Shown: positions 12,318-24,860 of the stretch, in pieces
Layout of the letters: every line of letters begins with the position of its first letter
Position numbering within the stretch: the stretch's first letter is position 1
Origin: Ramazzottius varieornatus
Lineage: Eukaryota > Animalia > Tardigrada
Assembly (NCBI GenBank): GCA_001949185.1
Contig: BDGG01000011.1
Location: 67,249 to 131,248, forward strand
Length of the DNA: 64,000 bases
Direction: 5' to 3'
Program-made: the position numbers and the translations under genes
Notes under the pieces: model-generated
Databases searched by the model: none
Told to the model about the DNA's origin: nothing
The model's input: only the letters and a program-made list of their open reading frames with translations

Positions 12318-14040
12318 ATGGTATCCTTTCATCGTTTGGCAGCACCTTTACTCGCCGTCCTCCGCTTTGGCGGATTATACTTCCGCTTGGCCCACAGCTG
12401 TCCAACCGAAAACTCTAATCATGTCAATTCCTTAGCCGAAGAACCAGAACACCTTCCCACATTCACTCAACGTATTCAAGGGTTGATCTTCTTATCCTGT
12501 CTACGAGGTAACCGACCTGCTGATGCGTTGAGTTTCATCTTTTCTATCGTATGCATGCTGACTGCCGCCACGGATAACTTCCGCCTTTTGTACGCATTCT
12601 ACGCGTTATGGCGAGCCGGTCAGTTATCTTCCCTGGCCTTCTACGTGGACAATTTGGTCACCGTCGCTTGGACGTTCCAGTGTTTGACCATCCACTGTTC
12701 CATGATGTACATGTGTTACACCGACAAGTTCACTCAGTTGTTCCGATCATGGGAGGAACTCAACAGTAACGATGAGGAAGCTACTGCGTTACTTCAGACT
12801 ATGGTCGCGAATAAACGCCAGCCTGAGCACACACGACACTTCCTGCGGAAACAGAAATGTCTGCTATTCTTTGCGTTCTTCGCTCTACTGGTCAATATGT
12901 ACTCCTTGATTGGTCCCTTGGTTATCAACGCGGATGTGTATTCCGAGTTTCGCAACTACGTCATGTTTCCCTTTCTGCCGGAAAATCTCGTGGTTAAAAC
13001 GCTGATTACGGCAGCGTTTACTGTGCGGTCTTTTGACTACGTCTTCTCGGCTGTCCTGTTTTTGATGTTGTCGGATGCATTGGTACTTCAGTTCGGTCAG
13101 TTCTTCCATAACCTGGCTGTGGAGATTACGGCGGAAGGAAGACTGGTCGATGCGACGGTGCTGGAAGCTCACCGGTTGAAACATGTGAAATTGTGCGGAC
13201 TGGTCAAAAAGGTGGACGAAATATTCTCATTATATGTTCTCGTTGGACTGGTGTCCGGGATGCTTGGCATACTTGCCCAGGTCTACGTCGTGTATGACTT
13301 CTTGCGGCTGGGGACGATGGGAACTGCGGCGGTGTTGAGTTATGTGTACTGGAGTTTGTTGAACATGCTGCAAGTTTTGGTGATTTTATGGTGCGGATCG
13401 AAAGTCAAAATAGCGGTAAGGAACGATATCTCGTTTAAAGATGATTATCATCCATGCGTTATCGGATCTGTAAAATATGCTTTCAACAAAAATTTTCCAG
13501 ATTATTTGATTTTCAAATTTTCTAGTTTGCGTCTGTGTTATGGTTTGAATACTTCTGCAGTTTTCCGGGCTCCAATGCTTGCACGAAATTTGTGTCGAAT
13601 TTTGCCCGGTGATATTGATTTGTGCTTGCTTGCAGACCGTATTTCCCATGAGTAGGCTCTTCGGTATCGATCAACGAACGTTAAGTATTAAAGAATCGCA
13701 AAGTGTCACTGTCTTCCTGCATAAGTTGTGCAATTCCCGGACGGGCTTCACTGCATTGGGGATCTTCACTATTGACAAAGCGACGATATTATCGGTAAGC
13801 TATGTTTCTTTGTTTACATGAGAAACATACCACGAAGTTGCTCCATACATATGTATAATGGAACCTTTTGTCTAGTTGGCGGGATTCTACTTTACATGTC
13901 AGATCCTACTCTTCCAGATGCGCAACGATTCATCACTCGACACAGCCTTGAATGCAGCAGTTATCCCAACGGATATTGTCATCGGTCTTCGTAACTTCCT
14001 CAATAACACGCTGTCAGCTCGAACCATCCATAAAACGTGA
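12318..14040 (+). CDS. Gustatory receptor (7tm_7 chemoreceptor family); exons 12318-13415, 13636-13794, 13876-14040
   Basis: Long hydrophobic first exon with HRLKHVKLCGLVKKVDEIFS. The spliced C-terminus GFTALGIFTIDKATILS|LAGFYFTCQILLFQ matches the GR TM7 signature, with phase-0 introns at the positions typical of GRs. Confidence 0.88.
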
Positions 14041-14213
14041 CCCAGACACGCCCAACGTACATACTGTACGTGCTTTTCGGACACCTTGGGCTTTCCAGGT
14101 TGTTACCGGAAAAAATATGAGATGTTTTCGTATACAATGAGTACCTTTAGGAAGGTAGCGAATTGTTTCAAACCATATATATACTTTCACGTACGCAGCA
14201 CGGCTGCAGCATA

Positions 14214-14921
14214 TAGCCCGTTCGGGCCGCACCTCTACCACTTGAAAAATAGCCCTTCAGACAATCAACAATGTTTCGAGCTGACTCCATAAAATCATAG
14301 TGCGTTCCACATCAGTAAGAGACAACTCGGGAAAAACCGAAAGTTTGACTTCCGGTAGGGAAGACGTTGTGCCTAGGAGAAACAATTATCTCACATGCCC
14401 CATATCTAAGCAGCAACTTCCAACTTCAATTAGAACTGTAAAACTATTTGGTTCATCATATAAAACCGAAAACGACGACGAAAAAGTCGAGCTGATTTAC
14501 AAAATAAACTTGAAATTTGGCCGTTTTGCCGGGAAACCCCTTCCACGCCACAAATCATAACTTCTGATTCCGGCGGTATACTTCAGCTTTTAAGCATGTC
14601 ACAGGTAGCCTGGTAGCATGTCGCAGGTATTGTTCTATTTATTTCAACTGTTAACAGCACAGAAAAAGCAGACAAACTCAAGAAATCGATTTTTGAAAAA
14701 TGCCTAAGAATGTGCGAAAGTTGTCGTCTTTTTCGATGGTCTTTCGTTGTGACAAAAATTCGTCATGCGGCCGTGCCTCGTACAGTTTGCCAAATTTTGT
14801 TCTTGATTATGATAGGCCATTGTTTTTTCTATCTACGGATGCTATGTTTGACGCGAAAAAGTCTTGATGGAGAGAGCTCTGATTTTCAGAAGGTGGTGGC
14901 GATGTGGCCCTAACGGGCTTG
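14214..14921. mobile_element. Tc1/mariner-type non-autonomous element, diverged relative of 24121-24860
   Basis: Imperfect TIR agcccgttcgggccgcacctctaccac / gtggtggcgatgtggccctaacgggct. Internal blocks (tgacttccgg, aatttggcc.tttt.ccgggaa, ttgttctattt) are shared with the 24.1-kb copy. Confidence 0.65.
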
Positions 14922-16242
14922 TAGTTTCCTTTGTTGAGGTCATGGTTAGATAACGAATCGGAATGGATCCACGGCAGATGCAATGAAAGGCACTTTAGAG
15001 TTTAATTTGAAAATTGACCGATACAATAAAAACTGTATAGCTTCCTCAGTTGTTATTTTCGGTGTCACGCACGAGGCACCCAAGCGTCTTCCAAACATAA
15101 TGACCGGGGCACCTCAGGCACATTTTTGGATTTCTGCGTGAAAGAAATCAGAGGAACAGCTGGTCGGGTTCAGGTTGCTTCCGTGACACCATTAGACCAG
15201 CTATGTTGTGATAATACAGTCGGGTCGTGGTATTCAGATCCACAGCCTTGGAACCACCGAAAGTAATAACATGCGCGAAATAGGAGATGAACGTACCGAT
15301 TAGACTATACCTAGCTATTCATTTATGACCTTCGCCGTCGGTATGCCATTAAAATCTGATAATTTTCCTTGAAGACTGCTGAATAAATATGGTAGACAGC
15401 AGACAAACACTTCGATCATATTCTCGCAAAATAGGTGCTCTCTAGCTCTTCAGCTTCAGAAAACCGCAGTGCGATAATAAGTTTCCACAATGTTGTACGG
15501 CTCGAACTTCAAAAGATTTGTTCAGCATTGCTTATGTGATTCGTTGTTGATTGGGACAGACAATGTTATCTGAGCGTTGCCGGAAGTAGGATTTGCAGAA
15601 TGGTCAGAATGTTATCCGATTGAGTTTGTCGTTTGATTCTCGCTTATGGTTGATTGTTATAGCATTCACGCAGTTAGCACTGCATTTACATTCCTGTCCG
15701 TGGTTTTAAGCGGCGGAAACTTGCTTTGGTAGCCACAAGCCTGTCAATAGTAATAACTTATGAAAATCTGGAAAATACTTCGGAGAAAGTGCACGAGAAT
15801 CTGAAAAACTAAGCTACAAAATGCCAACGGCACAGGGCCAGAAAACGCGAGACAAAATTAAGTAGATAACAATTACAAACAACAAAAGCTCCAGAAAAGG
15901 AGCGAATAAGATTAGCATAAAACATCAACAGGTACTTTAAAGTGCCAATGAAGTGGGACAAGATTGGTCCGAGTCCGCGTAAAGAATCTCCCCGGTACGC
16001 GCCGTTTTGGTTGTTATGTGTCATGTCATAGCGATCAGCTGATCGATACACACGTTGACCAGATATTTCACCCACCATCCGCGCGGTCTTTTTACACGCA
16101 CCCGGATTCACACCTGTCCCACATGATTGGCACTTTAAAGTAATCGGCCACGGAGACCGCAAAGACGGTCCAAATTATTTACACTGAGGAAACTGCAAAG
16201 ATAACGAGGAATCTTGAGTCAAGAGCTCAAGTGATAACAGGT

Positions 16243-16990
16243 TCAAAAGATGTAAGACAGTTGAAACGAAATAAAAACAAATTTGGCTGAATTCCGGATT
16301 GGTTCTTTGGTTTCCGGTTCGGGTTCCGGTTCAGGATTTCTCATATTTATCTTTAGATACCAATTCTTATCTTTCCACGCTGATTTCTTGGAGTACGTCC
16401 GGACGAATGCTATGGCCTTTGCTCGACTGCCGCTCCTGCCTGCTTCTGCCTTGATGAGGAACTTCTTGGTTTTCTTTGCTGGTAGACAGATTTCGTCATT
16501 TTCGCATTCTTCGCCTTCCAGGGTTGGGACATCATCTTCGTCCAACGCCGTGGCTTCTGCCTCGAAGCAGTTCTCCAGGTGCTTGACCAGAAGATTCCTT
16601 CGCTCTTCGGGCAGGTCTGAGTAACTCTTCCGCTGCTGGCCGGTCATGAGGTTCGTCATGGTGGTATTGACGTAGTTTACGAAGTCTGTCTTGGGAATAG
16701 CTCCCCGGTCTATGAGGAACTCATCTTTCAGGAAAACTGGAAAACAAACAGCAAGGTGAGAGATTGTAGGGCTTCCATTGTCTACCAGGAAGAGAGAGGC
16801 CTTAGTGAAAGACAATGGCCAGCAGATGGGAAGTGGTCGAGAGTGANNNNNNNNNNNNNNNNNNNNNNNNNNNNNNNNNNNNNNNNNNNNNNNNNNGCCG
16901 CTCTCTTCAGCCTCTCCCTCACAGTATCTGGTTTCGGATCATCAACAACGGTGAATCTTTTGGGTGTCATCTTCGCACAGATGATCTGAG
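16243..16990 (-). other. Unidentified spliced coding fragment spanning an N-gap
   Basis: 190-aa open frame with coding-like composition (acidic and basic tracts, PEPEPE). Probable acceptors near 16738 and 16987. No family recognised. Confidence 0.35.
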
Positions 16991-17724
16991 GGAGGAAAAG
17001 GAAGCAGTTTAAAACGAAGGTAATTCACCTAATGAAGGCTACAAACAGGAGTATCAATCAAACGTAAGCGTGCGACTTAGCCAATCAACCTGATAACAGC
17101 AAAGGACAATCAAACGAAGGCCAACTGACGGATACCTGACGTAAGCCGATACGTCGTGGTACATTGATACGTTATTGCGGTGGGGCGTGACTAAGAACCC
17201 CAAGGCTGAATGCTGATTGGGTGCTTTAGTGGTGAATCCTGTGCGCCAGGCAAACAAATCCTCCGTGATGACGTCACACGTTTCACGTGACTGATAGCAA
17301 TCACTAATCAAACCTTTCGAAATGCTGAAACGAATAATCCTGCAGGAATAGAGGCTCAATCCCTGAGAAATGCTCAACCAACGTGAATCCTTTTTCACCT
17401 CGTGCTCAGCATTCCTCGGGGATTCCGAGCATCCATTTGGAGATTGCCGTCGACCCCATAACCCATGGGGCGCATGCAGCTTTAGATCTCCAACAACACT
17501 AGAGCCCTGCAACATGCAGCACGTTCTGCACTGCATATTTTACTGCAATCCAGTGCAGTTGCAGTCGCCAGTTCAAGTCTTATGTGAAGTTGTGGTGAAG
17601 AAGTCTGGTATAAGACAAACCCGTTGAGATTATTAAAATCATTTGCGGCGTAAAGCTGGACCGTAAGCAACATAACACAAATCTAAACCTGCGGTGTAGC
17701 TCGAACCGGCAGTTGAACAATCGC

Positions 17725-18239
17725 ATTGTGTGTGGTGCCACCCTATACCACAGCTATTTTTGGGGTGGCCCACTCCATAAACCCAAAATGATGTGGCCCA
17801 CTCGATAACCTCTCCCTCGTATCGCTAAGGCATCTAAGAGGTAAAAGAACTGAGATTCGACCGTAACATCGGATTCCACAGAGTTCACGGTAAATTAGGA
17901 ACACTTTTGCTTCTTATCGGTGCGTTGTTTACGATTACTCAGCAAAACTGTACGATTCAGTTTTGCTGAGTGAGTCACTCGGAAAGGCGACAGCAGCGCC
18001 TCTTGTGGCCTCTCTACTATTTTATGCTCAGGCTTTTCAACATGGAATGCGATCATTTTCCAGATCGGGCATCTCATCTTGAGCATCTGAATTTTTCTCT
18101 GCTAATAACCTGTGCACAGACATACAAAAAGATATTCTCTAGCGTTTCATCGGAAAACTTTACGGAAATAGTGGATAGTTAGCGAAAAAACTGACTCGCC
18201 CACTCCATAACTCCAAAGTGGTGTGGCCCAACACACAAT
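17725..18239. mobile_element. Probable non-autonomous DNA element abutting the GPCR fragment
   Basis: Imperfect inverted ends attgtgtgtggtgccacc / ggtgtggcccaacacacaat and repeated gcccactccataa subterminal motifs. Confidence 0.45.
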
Positions 18240-18900
18240 CATCTGTCTTGACCGCTGGCTCGGCTTCGTCGCCCCAATCTGCTACCGCCAACGGAAGACT
18301 GTCAAAAGCGGAGTCATTTCTACCTTTTTTGCGGTTGTCTTCACCCATGTCTGGTTGCTGCCTCTGTACATTGCCGATGTTCAACATGCGAAACCACCAA
18401 GAAGCTACTGTGACAGTATCGAAATATGGCCGGTTCATCGCACTATAGTTCGCATCACCACGGCGTTCATACTACAAGTCATCACTTATTTCTCGTACCC
18501 GCTTTTGATGTACTTGATTTGGCGTCACCGTCAGAAGATCATGACGATTCAAGCCATTAAAAACGAGCCGGAAGGGACCACCAACCAAAGTGCGGCAACG
18601 CTATATGGACGGTGCAGAACGACGACCCTTGCGAGTGCCAAGAAACCTGCTGTGAGGAGAAAGAGGACGCGGCTGGTTCTGTGGCTGATCTTCACGCAAT
18701 TCATCCTGTGGGCACCTACCAATGTGACCAGTGTACTTCTGGGAAGTGTCACGTTACGCTACTTGCAAGACGCAAATTCGATCAGCCACTGTTTGGGTGG
18801 CTTCGTGCTGATTGCCGATGCGATCATCATACTGCATTTTTTACCTGAATTGCGAAGTCTGATGCTGGTTCATGTGCGGGAAAAATGCCGCTTGTGGTGA
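18240..18900 (+). pseudogene. Rhodopsin-class GPCR, TM3-TM7 portion (5' part lost or interrupted)
   Basis: ICLDRWLGFVAPICY (DRY-like plus PxxY), TM5 SYP, TM6 FILWAP, TM7 ADAIII..LPELR. No in-frame TM1-2 immediately upstream. Confidence 0.7.
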
Positions 18901-19326
18901 CGGTTGGCACCTCGGACTGGATTTTGTGTGGCCTAAAAGGATCCGCTAAAATTTTTGTTTGTTAGACGTATACCATTAGAATATCGAAGGGCCTTTTGTG
19001 TCAGGACTATTGAAGGACAGACAACAAGAAGAAATATTTTTTGAGACCTTGTGTCTTCTTGAACCCAATCGACTTCATCAAAGAGCACTTCACGGTCGCT
19101 GCACCTGGTGTTCTGATTGAGCAAGATATCAAGATACAGCCGGCGAAAGCCGGTTCGCACAAATCCATAGCCAAAGCTCTAGAAGCTACTACTTTTTAAA
19201 ACAGTAAAAGGGACTTTAGTGCTGTGCGGTTCTAAGTGTCGGAGTTTGTTTACCCGCACATGAAGATCTTCATGCACCGCAGGAGAGAATAATAAATTGA
19301 TGATTCTGTCTCGTCATACAGTACAG

Positions 19327-19935
19327 CTGCTTCCCTTCGGGAAGGCGGTTTTACCCGATGGTTATCAAACCCTTGCCGCCAAGGCAAAGCGGGACATACT
19401 ATGGAGTCACATCCAGAACATCACCTACGACATGGACCACCAGCCCACCGAACCATACAACATGGCCAACGCCACCAAGATAATTGTCACCAATCTTCCT
19501 TGTGCAGGCCTTCATGCGCACCTCAGATGAGATGCCGACAAGGCGCCCTCGAGTGGTCCACACATACGGGACAGTCTGCAAGGTCGAACTGATTATCTAT
19601 CCGAACTCAAGTTACACTGGGATATTCCAGTCGGGCGGGATCGGCCTGGCTCGATTGTCCATGGCCAAGCTAACGCGCAAGAGTTTCATCCAGGGTTTAG
19701 CTTTGAAAATATTCATTGACGGGAATCCTTCACAAAATTTGCACGTGCTCAGTAGTCCCGACGGACAGTATCCTGATAGAAACTACTTCGCCAAATCAGC
19801 AATTTTGCGAAGTTTCCGAAATATTATCCCTCAAGCCACAAGCGAGGATCCTGGAACGGTCGCTGCAGCGACGGCGTTCGCCGCTTCACTGAACAAGTTA
19901 CCAGGGAAGATAGAAGACAATCCGGAAAGCGTTAA
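19327..19935 (+). pseudogene. Catalase-fold (small heme catalase / allene-oxide-synthase-like) gene fragment
   Basis: RPRVVHTYGTV (distal His), YTGIFQSGGIGLARLS, GLALKIFIDG..SQNL, DGQ..RNYF. A 1-bp frameshift lies near 19483 and the C-terminal part is absent. Confidence 0.65.
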
Positions 19936-21228
19936 CGTTGTGACTCTTGTCGACTTGCGACTCCAACCTCAACGGGTTGCCTTCCTCCCAGGACATGCTA
20001 CAGCTGTTAATGGACTGACTTATTCCAAAGTAAGTCCACGAAACCCGTGCCTCATTGAACAAAATATCTGTGTAACAGGTGTGAAACTCGGTGCAGAAAA
20101 TCGCTTCGGAAATCGCTTCGGAGATCGCTCCCATTCCGAAGCGATTTCGATTTAACATGCATTCATCTCTTGGTCACGTAAGGGTTGCGCTGTTCGAGTG
20201 CTTTATTGCGCATGGCGTTCCAGAAAAGCGTGGTGACTACAATAATAACGCTCACTTCTAAAATACGTCACACTGACGAGCTTTTTAATCGGGAGAGTGC
20301 AGTGAGATCTGAATCTACTTCAGGAGACTGAAGTAATCGTAGAAAAGACCAAGAATAGCGCTCTGCAACACGGCAAACTGTCACATGGCAGTGTTATAAC
20401 GCACATTTGTGCCGAACGCAATCCCCCCACTGATTGGCTTCAGCTTGTAGTAATCGCCCGTGTGACGTGTTATAGAAGTGAGGACTATTACTGTAGTGAG
20501 TAACTTACCTGTTACGGTCCTCATTCTTTGGCAGTTCTTCGGCCATGTCCTTCCACTTGATGAACGCCTGTTTCTGATGCTCGTGTTTGCGGAGGGTGCC
20601 GAAATTTGCCCTCATTCGAATATTCCAGGCTCCGCCAGCTTTTCTTCTTTCCGGATCCAAAAAACACCATCCGACTATGGAGCATCAAGTACCTGACATG
20701 TCTGGCCGTCTTCGGTAGCGCCCAAGGCCACAGGGCAGAAATCATCTCTCTCGACGTCGATATCTTCGGGGCCTACATCGTTTCCGGGTCTTGCGACTCG
20801 ACCATCAAGATGTGGAACCCGAACACGTAGCCTGTTCCAACCCGAACACGTAGCCTTACTGGAAAAAGTGGGGGTACACGCAATTACATCGTACCAAAAA
20901 CCCGCTACGGTCATATTCACAGAAACGAACCGTGTAAAAACCGAGACTACGCTCCTACCTGCATACCAGAAGTCGGACGTTTAGCTGGGTTACGTTGTAT
21001 GCAGGTGTGTGCCTGCTCGTGCGACTTGTTCGCCGAGCTTCACGTTGGTGTTTTATATTATCTTGTAGGTTCCATCAGATTGTTTCTCCGTGCCAGTTTT
21101 CGACAGACGGAAGACTGTTGATAGGCGGCAGTGATGATGGCATCTGCCACGTATTCCGAAGGTCCGACTCGCCAACGGGAAAAAGAAGCCAGGCAGCAGT
21201 CAGTGTGTTCGGGGCGGAAGATTCGTGA
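19936..21228 (+). pseudogene. EED/ESC-like WD40 gene fragments
   Basis: LPGHATAVNGLTYSK|gtaagt; IRLWSIKYLTCLAVFGSAQGHRAEIISLDVDIFGAYIVSGSCDSTIKMW (compare EED [27 protein letters not shown]...GMDHSLKLW); CQFSTDGRLLIGGSDDG resembles the EED C-terminus. An internal deletion is marked by a duplicated aacccgaacacgtagcct. Confidence 0.7.
20240..20493. mobile_element. Tc1/mariner (pogo-like) MITE family B, copy 1
   Basis: TA-flanked TIR caataataacgctcacttcta / tagaagtgaggactattactg. A related copy lies at 59770-60021. Confidence 0.75.
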
Positions 21229-22583
21229 CCGATGACGAGACGACCTGGACGATGATTTCACAGAATGATGGACACCAAAAAGAGGCCTTTCCGGTCTCAG
21301 TCTTGTAAATAGAGAACTACTAATTTTCGGAACACACTTTGTGATGTTTTGTCCATCGAGTTTAAGAAATCAGCTTTTACTCTTCGAGACTGTTGTTTCA
21401 ATGGGCGAAAGGCCGAAGAACTTGTGCTTGAGAACAGTTCATGGTCGGAAATCAAAGATTAGTTACAGTGCGGTGCAGCAAACTTTGTGCGGCTTACTGT
21501 TACGTTTAATCAAAAATTTAAATCAAGTTTTTCTTCCATAACAGCGACTGATTTTTTACAACAGCTCATTCTACATCAATTGGAATGAGTGTTTGTTTCC
21601 GAACAAAAATTTTCGGGCTGCAAACTCGGCCTGAAGTGTCGGTGCCAAAGAGACGTTCGAGATAAGAACGAATAATCTCGTATGCATACTGTAATGCTTC
21701 ATGAACTACGCGAAGCACGTCATCGTTTGCAACAGACATCCCTTAGGGGGTTGGTAGGGCGAAATTTTTGGGCCGGGGTTCAACTGTACACGTATGATGA
21801 CGTGCTTCGCCAAGTTCATGAAGCATCACAGTTTAATCAGGATGAACCGTGCTTTCACGGAGGAGCCCGAACGGTCTCCAAAAGATGCACCGCACTGTAA
21901 GCGTACCAAGCATACGGCTGCCTACCAGTTACCGTCGAAAACTTGCCTTGAAAAACGTAGCGAATATTAACGCAGTTTGCGGGTGATTCCGGAATTTCCG
22001 ATTAAACTTGCATAAACAGGCAAACCTTCTGCAGAGCTTGAGTTTCAAAACCGGTCCGGGAGGGTCGCTGTTCTTGGGTGCGTTGCCATCGAATTACTTC
22101 CGAAGAAATCATAAGTCGATATTTGTCCTATATTGCTCGATCACCTCCCCGATGCAATCAAATCACTTTTGCAACGAGGAATCAGAATGGCACTGTCATA
22201 TTTGACTAAAAAGCACCAATGCCAAACCTGAAACACCTCAGACGAGCGCCAGGCGATGAGAGTGTCGCAGAAATATCCGCCGGCTTACTTCCGGAGACTT
22301 ACTGCAGTGCCACACCCGGCGTTGCGACATCCCCTGGCGAAAAGTCATTGTCTAGTGATCGCGGAAGTTTAGTGATTACTGTCCAAGGGCAAAAGTTGCC
22401 TCCGTTAGAACATGAGGCTTAGCGGTAAAAATTGTTATGTAGTCGCATTTGTTAAACGAGTCAATTTTTACTATGAAACAACGCTACCTAGTACGGCAAA
22501 AGTCACTCCACTCTCTTCAGTGTTCTCTGCCTTCTTCAACCCATTCGGAATCTCCCAGTACCCTCGACCTAGACAACTTCACC

Positions 22584-23333
22584 ACGAAGTTCCTTGTTGT
22601 CCTTGCCCTCGTCGGCTTCGCCGCTGCCCAGTCCGGCAACAATAACAACTTCCAAGGTCAGTTTGTCTGGGACTTGCTGAAGCCTGCTCTGACTGCCGGG
22701 GAAGGTGCAGAGCCTCTTGGCTTCTGTTGATGGCAAAAGCTAACCCACCTACAACGAAATCCCCCAAAACCAACTTTGCGTGCAATGGTCGCAACGGCTT
22801 CCACGCCGACGTTGACGCCCAATGCCAGGTCTTCCACCGATGCCACCTTCATCGGGAATATGACTTCATACCTGTGCGTTAACTCCATCGTCTTCAACCA
22901 GATCACCTTGATTTGCGACGCCTGGTACAACGTTGACTGCGCCAACTCTGCCCAGTACGAGACATACGCCAACAGCCGCCTCTACACCGACCTTCCCATC
23001 TTCGATACTCCTCCCGCTGACTACCTGACTCTAGCCCAACGAGCTGCCCAGCAGGCCGCTGAAGTGCAGGCCGCCGGTGGTCAACAAAAAACCCAGAGCG
23101 CCTGAGCCCAACGTACCCCGACCAGCAGCGGAACCAACTCCAACCGAGCCAGCGCCAGCCGAACTACCACCAAGAAGCGCGGTGCAGCCTCGCTAGCTGG
23201 CCGCAGCGACCGGTCTGACAACCAAAGCAGCGACAACATTGAACAAGTCGATCAGCCCGCCGAACAGCCCGCCGAACAGCCCGCCGAACAGCCCGCCGAA
23301 CAGCCCGCCGAACAGCCCGCCGAACGAAATTAG
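22584..23333 (+). pseudogene. Chitin-binding (CBM14/peritrophin-A, CPAP1-like) secreted protein pseudogene
   Basis: The start codon reads ACG before signal peptide KFLVVLALVGFAAA. Across frameshifts: PTYNEIP-KTNFACNGRNGFHADVDAQCQVFHRC..SYLCVNSIVFNQITLICDAWYNVDC. No introns evident. Confidence 0.8.
23253..23324 (+). repeat. 12-bp tandem repeat (cagcccgccgaa)x6, encoding QPAE repeats
   Basis: Six exact units read directly from the sequence. Confidence 0.95.
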
Positions 23334-24120
23334 ATAGTGTGGCACTGAAATTGCCAACCGCGAGTAGCTCTCTAGAAACATAATCTCTCCACTGCCGTTA
23401 GCAGCCACCGCCAAATTTTACCTTTCAGTTCGCACTAACTTCCGTTTTTTGCTATGTTCAAGTTCGAATGTACCGTCTCTGGTCAGAAATTCTGCTCGAC
23501 GACCTTGAAATGCTTTGAAGTAAATCTGACCGTTCAAGCTCTGTAGGCCTTTACAGTAGAGTTTCGCATTCTCATGATGAAAAATCATGATGGCAGACTT
23601 CCTAGCCGCATTGACTAGTTCGCGCACCACATTGCAGGTCGCAGGAGTTGGTAATACAGGTCCTTGGGTCGCTGCGTAACATCACCGGACAAAACAGGCA
23701 TCTTGACGCGTGGCGCTTTTCCTCCGGTTTCAGCGCTAAAACACCCAGGACACAACTTGTGGTACATACTGGCAAGTGGTCAAGACCAACGGGTGGGCCG
23801 AGAGTAAACTAACCCCCGGGGGGTTGGAGGGAGGGAGGATCTTTTGTTCAACTCCATACTGTATACTGTTGCTAGTTTAGTACGGTCCATAACCTTTGTG
23901 CGGGTAGCCGTGAAAATTTTTAGGAAAAGCACAAGTTGGTTCATAGGGAATGGATGGAGCCATCGTGTCCGACATAGCGGACTCGGTAGAGAATGTATAG
24001 AATGCGAGTAAAAATATCCTGTTACTTGGATCAACTCGCGCGCCATTTTACAGCTTGGAGTTTGCGCTGAAGAAAAGTTACGTACACCGATTGTAACGCA
24101 CATTGACTTTCCGGCACTTA

Positions 24121-24860
24121 CAGCCTGAGGCGGCCAAGTGACTACCACTTGATCAAAGCGCTATGAGAAAATCAGTTTAGGTCTTATCGTCCGCTCCTCC
24201 ACACATCCCAAGGAAATTTTAAAGCTATCTCCACTGAAATAAGGCAGATTCACATCGGTTGAGAAATAGTCTGGGAAAGTTGATCGGCGTGACTTCCGGG
24301 GGGAAAGATACCTTTTCATGATCAAAACCGTACTTTTAAAATTCCGTATTCGGTTATGAAGCCCCAGCTTGATCTCAACGCACGTGAGACTATGAAGCTT
24401 GTAATTTAAAACCAAATAGTACCATGAAATAGCCAAACAAACTTGGCAAGAAAATTACAACTGTTGAATTTGGCCATTTTTCCGGGAATTTCCCCTTTGC
24501 GGCAAAAATTTTTGCTCTTGCCTCAAACGGTAGACTCATGCTTTCGACAATTTTTCATGTGGCAAGGACCTTGTTCTATTTGTTTTAAATAAGATCACCG
24601 CAGGCCGTCAACTGCAAACTCAGAAATGAATTTTGGAGATGGACTCCGAAAACCACGGAAGTTGTTCGCAGTTTCCACTGTTCTCCATGCCTGGTTTCAC
24701 GCCGATTTCGACTTCCACTGGGTAGATTTCAAACTATTTATTTCTCAGGAGGTTGCAAAAAGAATTCTAGACCAAAGAAAATCAGTTTCGAAGTAGCGCA
24801 GAAACCTGGTCGAATATGCTTTAATTTTATAGGTGGTAGTCACTTGGCCGCCTCGGGCTG
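24121..24860. mobile_element. Tc1/mariner-type non-autonomous element
   Basis: 28-bp TIR cagcctgaggcggccaagtgactaccac / gtggtagtcacttggccgcctcgggctg with TA on both sides. Confidence 0.85.

Noticed and set aside
23253-23324. Regular repeat considered as a CRISPR-like array
   Set aside because: No spacers; it is a simple coding minisatellite in a eukaryotic pseudogene.
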